NCBI RefSeq assembly: GCF_006345805.1
Contig: NW_021828963.1
Coordinates: 1 to 7,187 of the forward strand
DNA from: Octopus sinensis
Lineage: Eukaryota
Length of the DNA stretch: 7,187 nucleotides
Reading direction: 5' to 3'
Positions within the stretch are counted from its first letter, which is position 1. Every line of letters begins with the position of its first letter. The notes under the pieces are model-generated. The model saw only the letters and a program-made list of their open reading frames with translations. It was not told the origin of the DNA and searched no databases. Below, one piece after another: positions 6,403 to 7,187 of this stretch. The position numbers and the translations under genes are program-made.

Positions 6403-6850
6403 TCCACGTACTGTGTATGTGTTATCAACGAATGTGTTCTCACCCAAATGCTGTGTAAATGTATTATTAACAAATGTATTCTCATCCGTGTACAGGAAAT
6501 GTCTTATTAACAAATGTGTCGTCAGCCATATACTGTGTATGCATGCATTACAAACAAAAGTATTTTCATGTAAAGACTGTGTATAGATCCTTAACGAATA
6601 TATTTCCGACTACATACTGTGTATATATCATTAGCAAATGTGTTTTCACCCATATAATGTGAATGTATTATTTACATATGTACTCTCACCCATATACTGC
6701 ATCTGTATAGTTAACAAATACGTTCTCATCTGTACACTGTTTAATGTTATTTACAAATGTATTCGCATCGATATACCCTGTATGTAATTTTTAACGAATG
6801 TCTTCTGATACGTATACTCTGTATATTTATTATTAACAAATGTATTCTCA
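6403..6850. repeat. Diverged minisatellite, 11 units of 39-44 bp
   Basis: An 18-bp anchor (consensus TTAACAAATGTATTCTCA) starts at 6425, 6467, 6507, 6551, 6591, 6631, 6671, 6711, 6750, 6791 and 6833. The intervening segments share a consensus close to CCCATATACTGTGTATGTATTA. Confidence 0.9.
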
Positions 6851-7088
6851 TGCATATATTTGTACCAGTTATAAAATTATTCCCATAACCCTTTGTGACA
6901 TAGTACAGATGACGCTGATAACACGCCATTGACAAACACAATCACAAACTTCAGAATAAAGGAACGTTATTGTTTCAAACCCAACATAAAAGACGAACAG
7001 GGAAATTTGAAGAAATCTTTAATAAAAAAGATGGTACTAGAACATAGTCGTATTTTAAATATAACAGGTTACAAAGCAAAACTGTTCC

Positions 7089-7102
7089 CACACACACACA
7101 CA
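7089..7102. repeat. (CA)7 microsatellite
   Basis: Direct reading. Confidence 0.93.
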
Positions 7103-7187
7103 CCTCTCAGTATATCTTTTGGTATATATTTATCAAGTAGACACAGAGTGCTCAATACTCTAAAGTAAAGCTAAAATTAATGTCATC

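Noticed and set aside
6403-6850. CRISPR array
   Set aside because: The repeats are only 18 bp and diverged, the putative spacers are homologous to one another, there are no cas genes or leader, and the context is eukaryotic.
6145-6941. ORFs 6145-6393, 6311-6586, 6474-6662 and 6747-6941
   Set aside because: Derived from (AAC)9 and the 40-bp minisatellite, whose variable unit length does not preserve frame.
6929-7168. 79-aa ORF or possible exon
   Set aside because: Non-ATG start, no recognisable family, includes a (CA)7 tract, and the candidate acceptor (ACAAACTTCAG) lacks a pyrimidine tract. It cannot be fully excluded without RNA-seq.

Overview
AT-rich, microsatellite-dense eukaryotic non-coding DNA (intergenic or intronic). 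Roughly a fifth of the window is simple repeat, and I can support no protein-coding gene: most supplied ORFs are translations of (TA)n, (TG)n, (CA)n or (GAY)n tracts. Several interspersed-repeat fragments match octopus SINE and Penelope-like sequences as I remember them (recall, not a database search), so the source is probably an octopus or related coleoid cephalopod. Structures of interest: (1) a minus-strand three-way junction at 25-129 that is two T>G substitutions away from a complete type III hammerhead ribozyme; (2) a perfect 47-bp-arm palindrome at 357-456 with CTGACGA at its apex; (3) a foldback-like element at 2312-2851 with a perfect 30-bp inverted repeat and nine copies of a TTATCTCACCCCC-type motif; (4) a head-to-head SINE pair with a palindromic junction at 4131-4520; (5) a 60-codon GAC/GAT (poly-Asp) tract with splice-like borders; (6) a decayed minimal hammerhead at 5865-5900; (7) an 11-unit ~40-bp diverged minisatellite at 6403-6850 that looks like, but is not, a CRISPR array.
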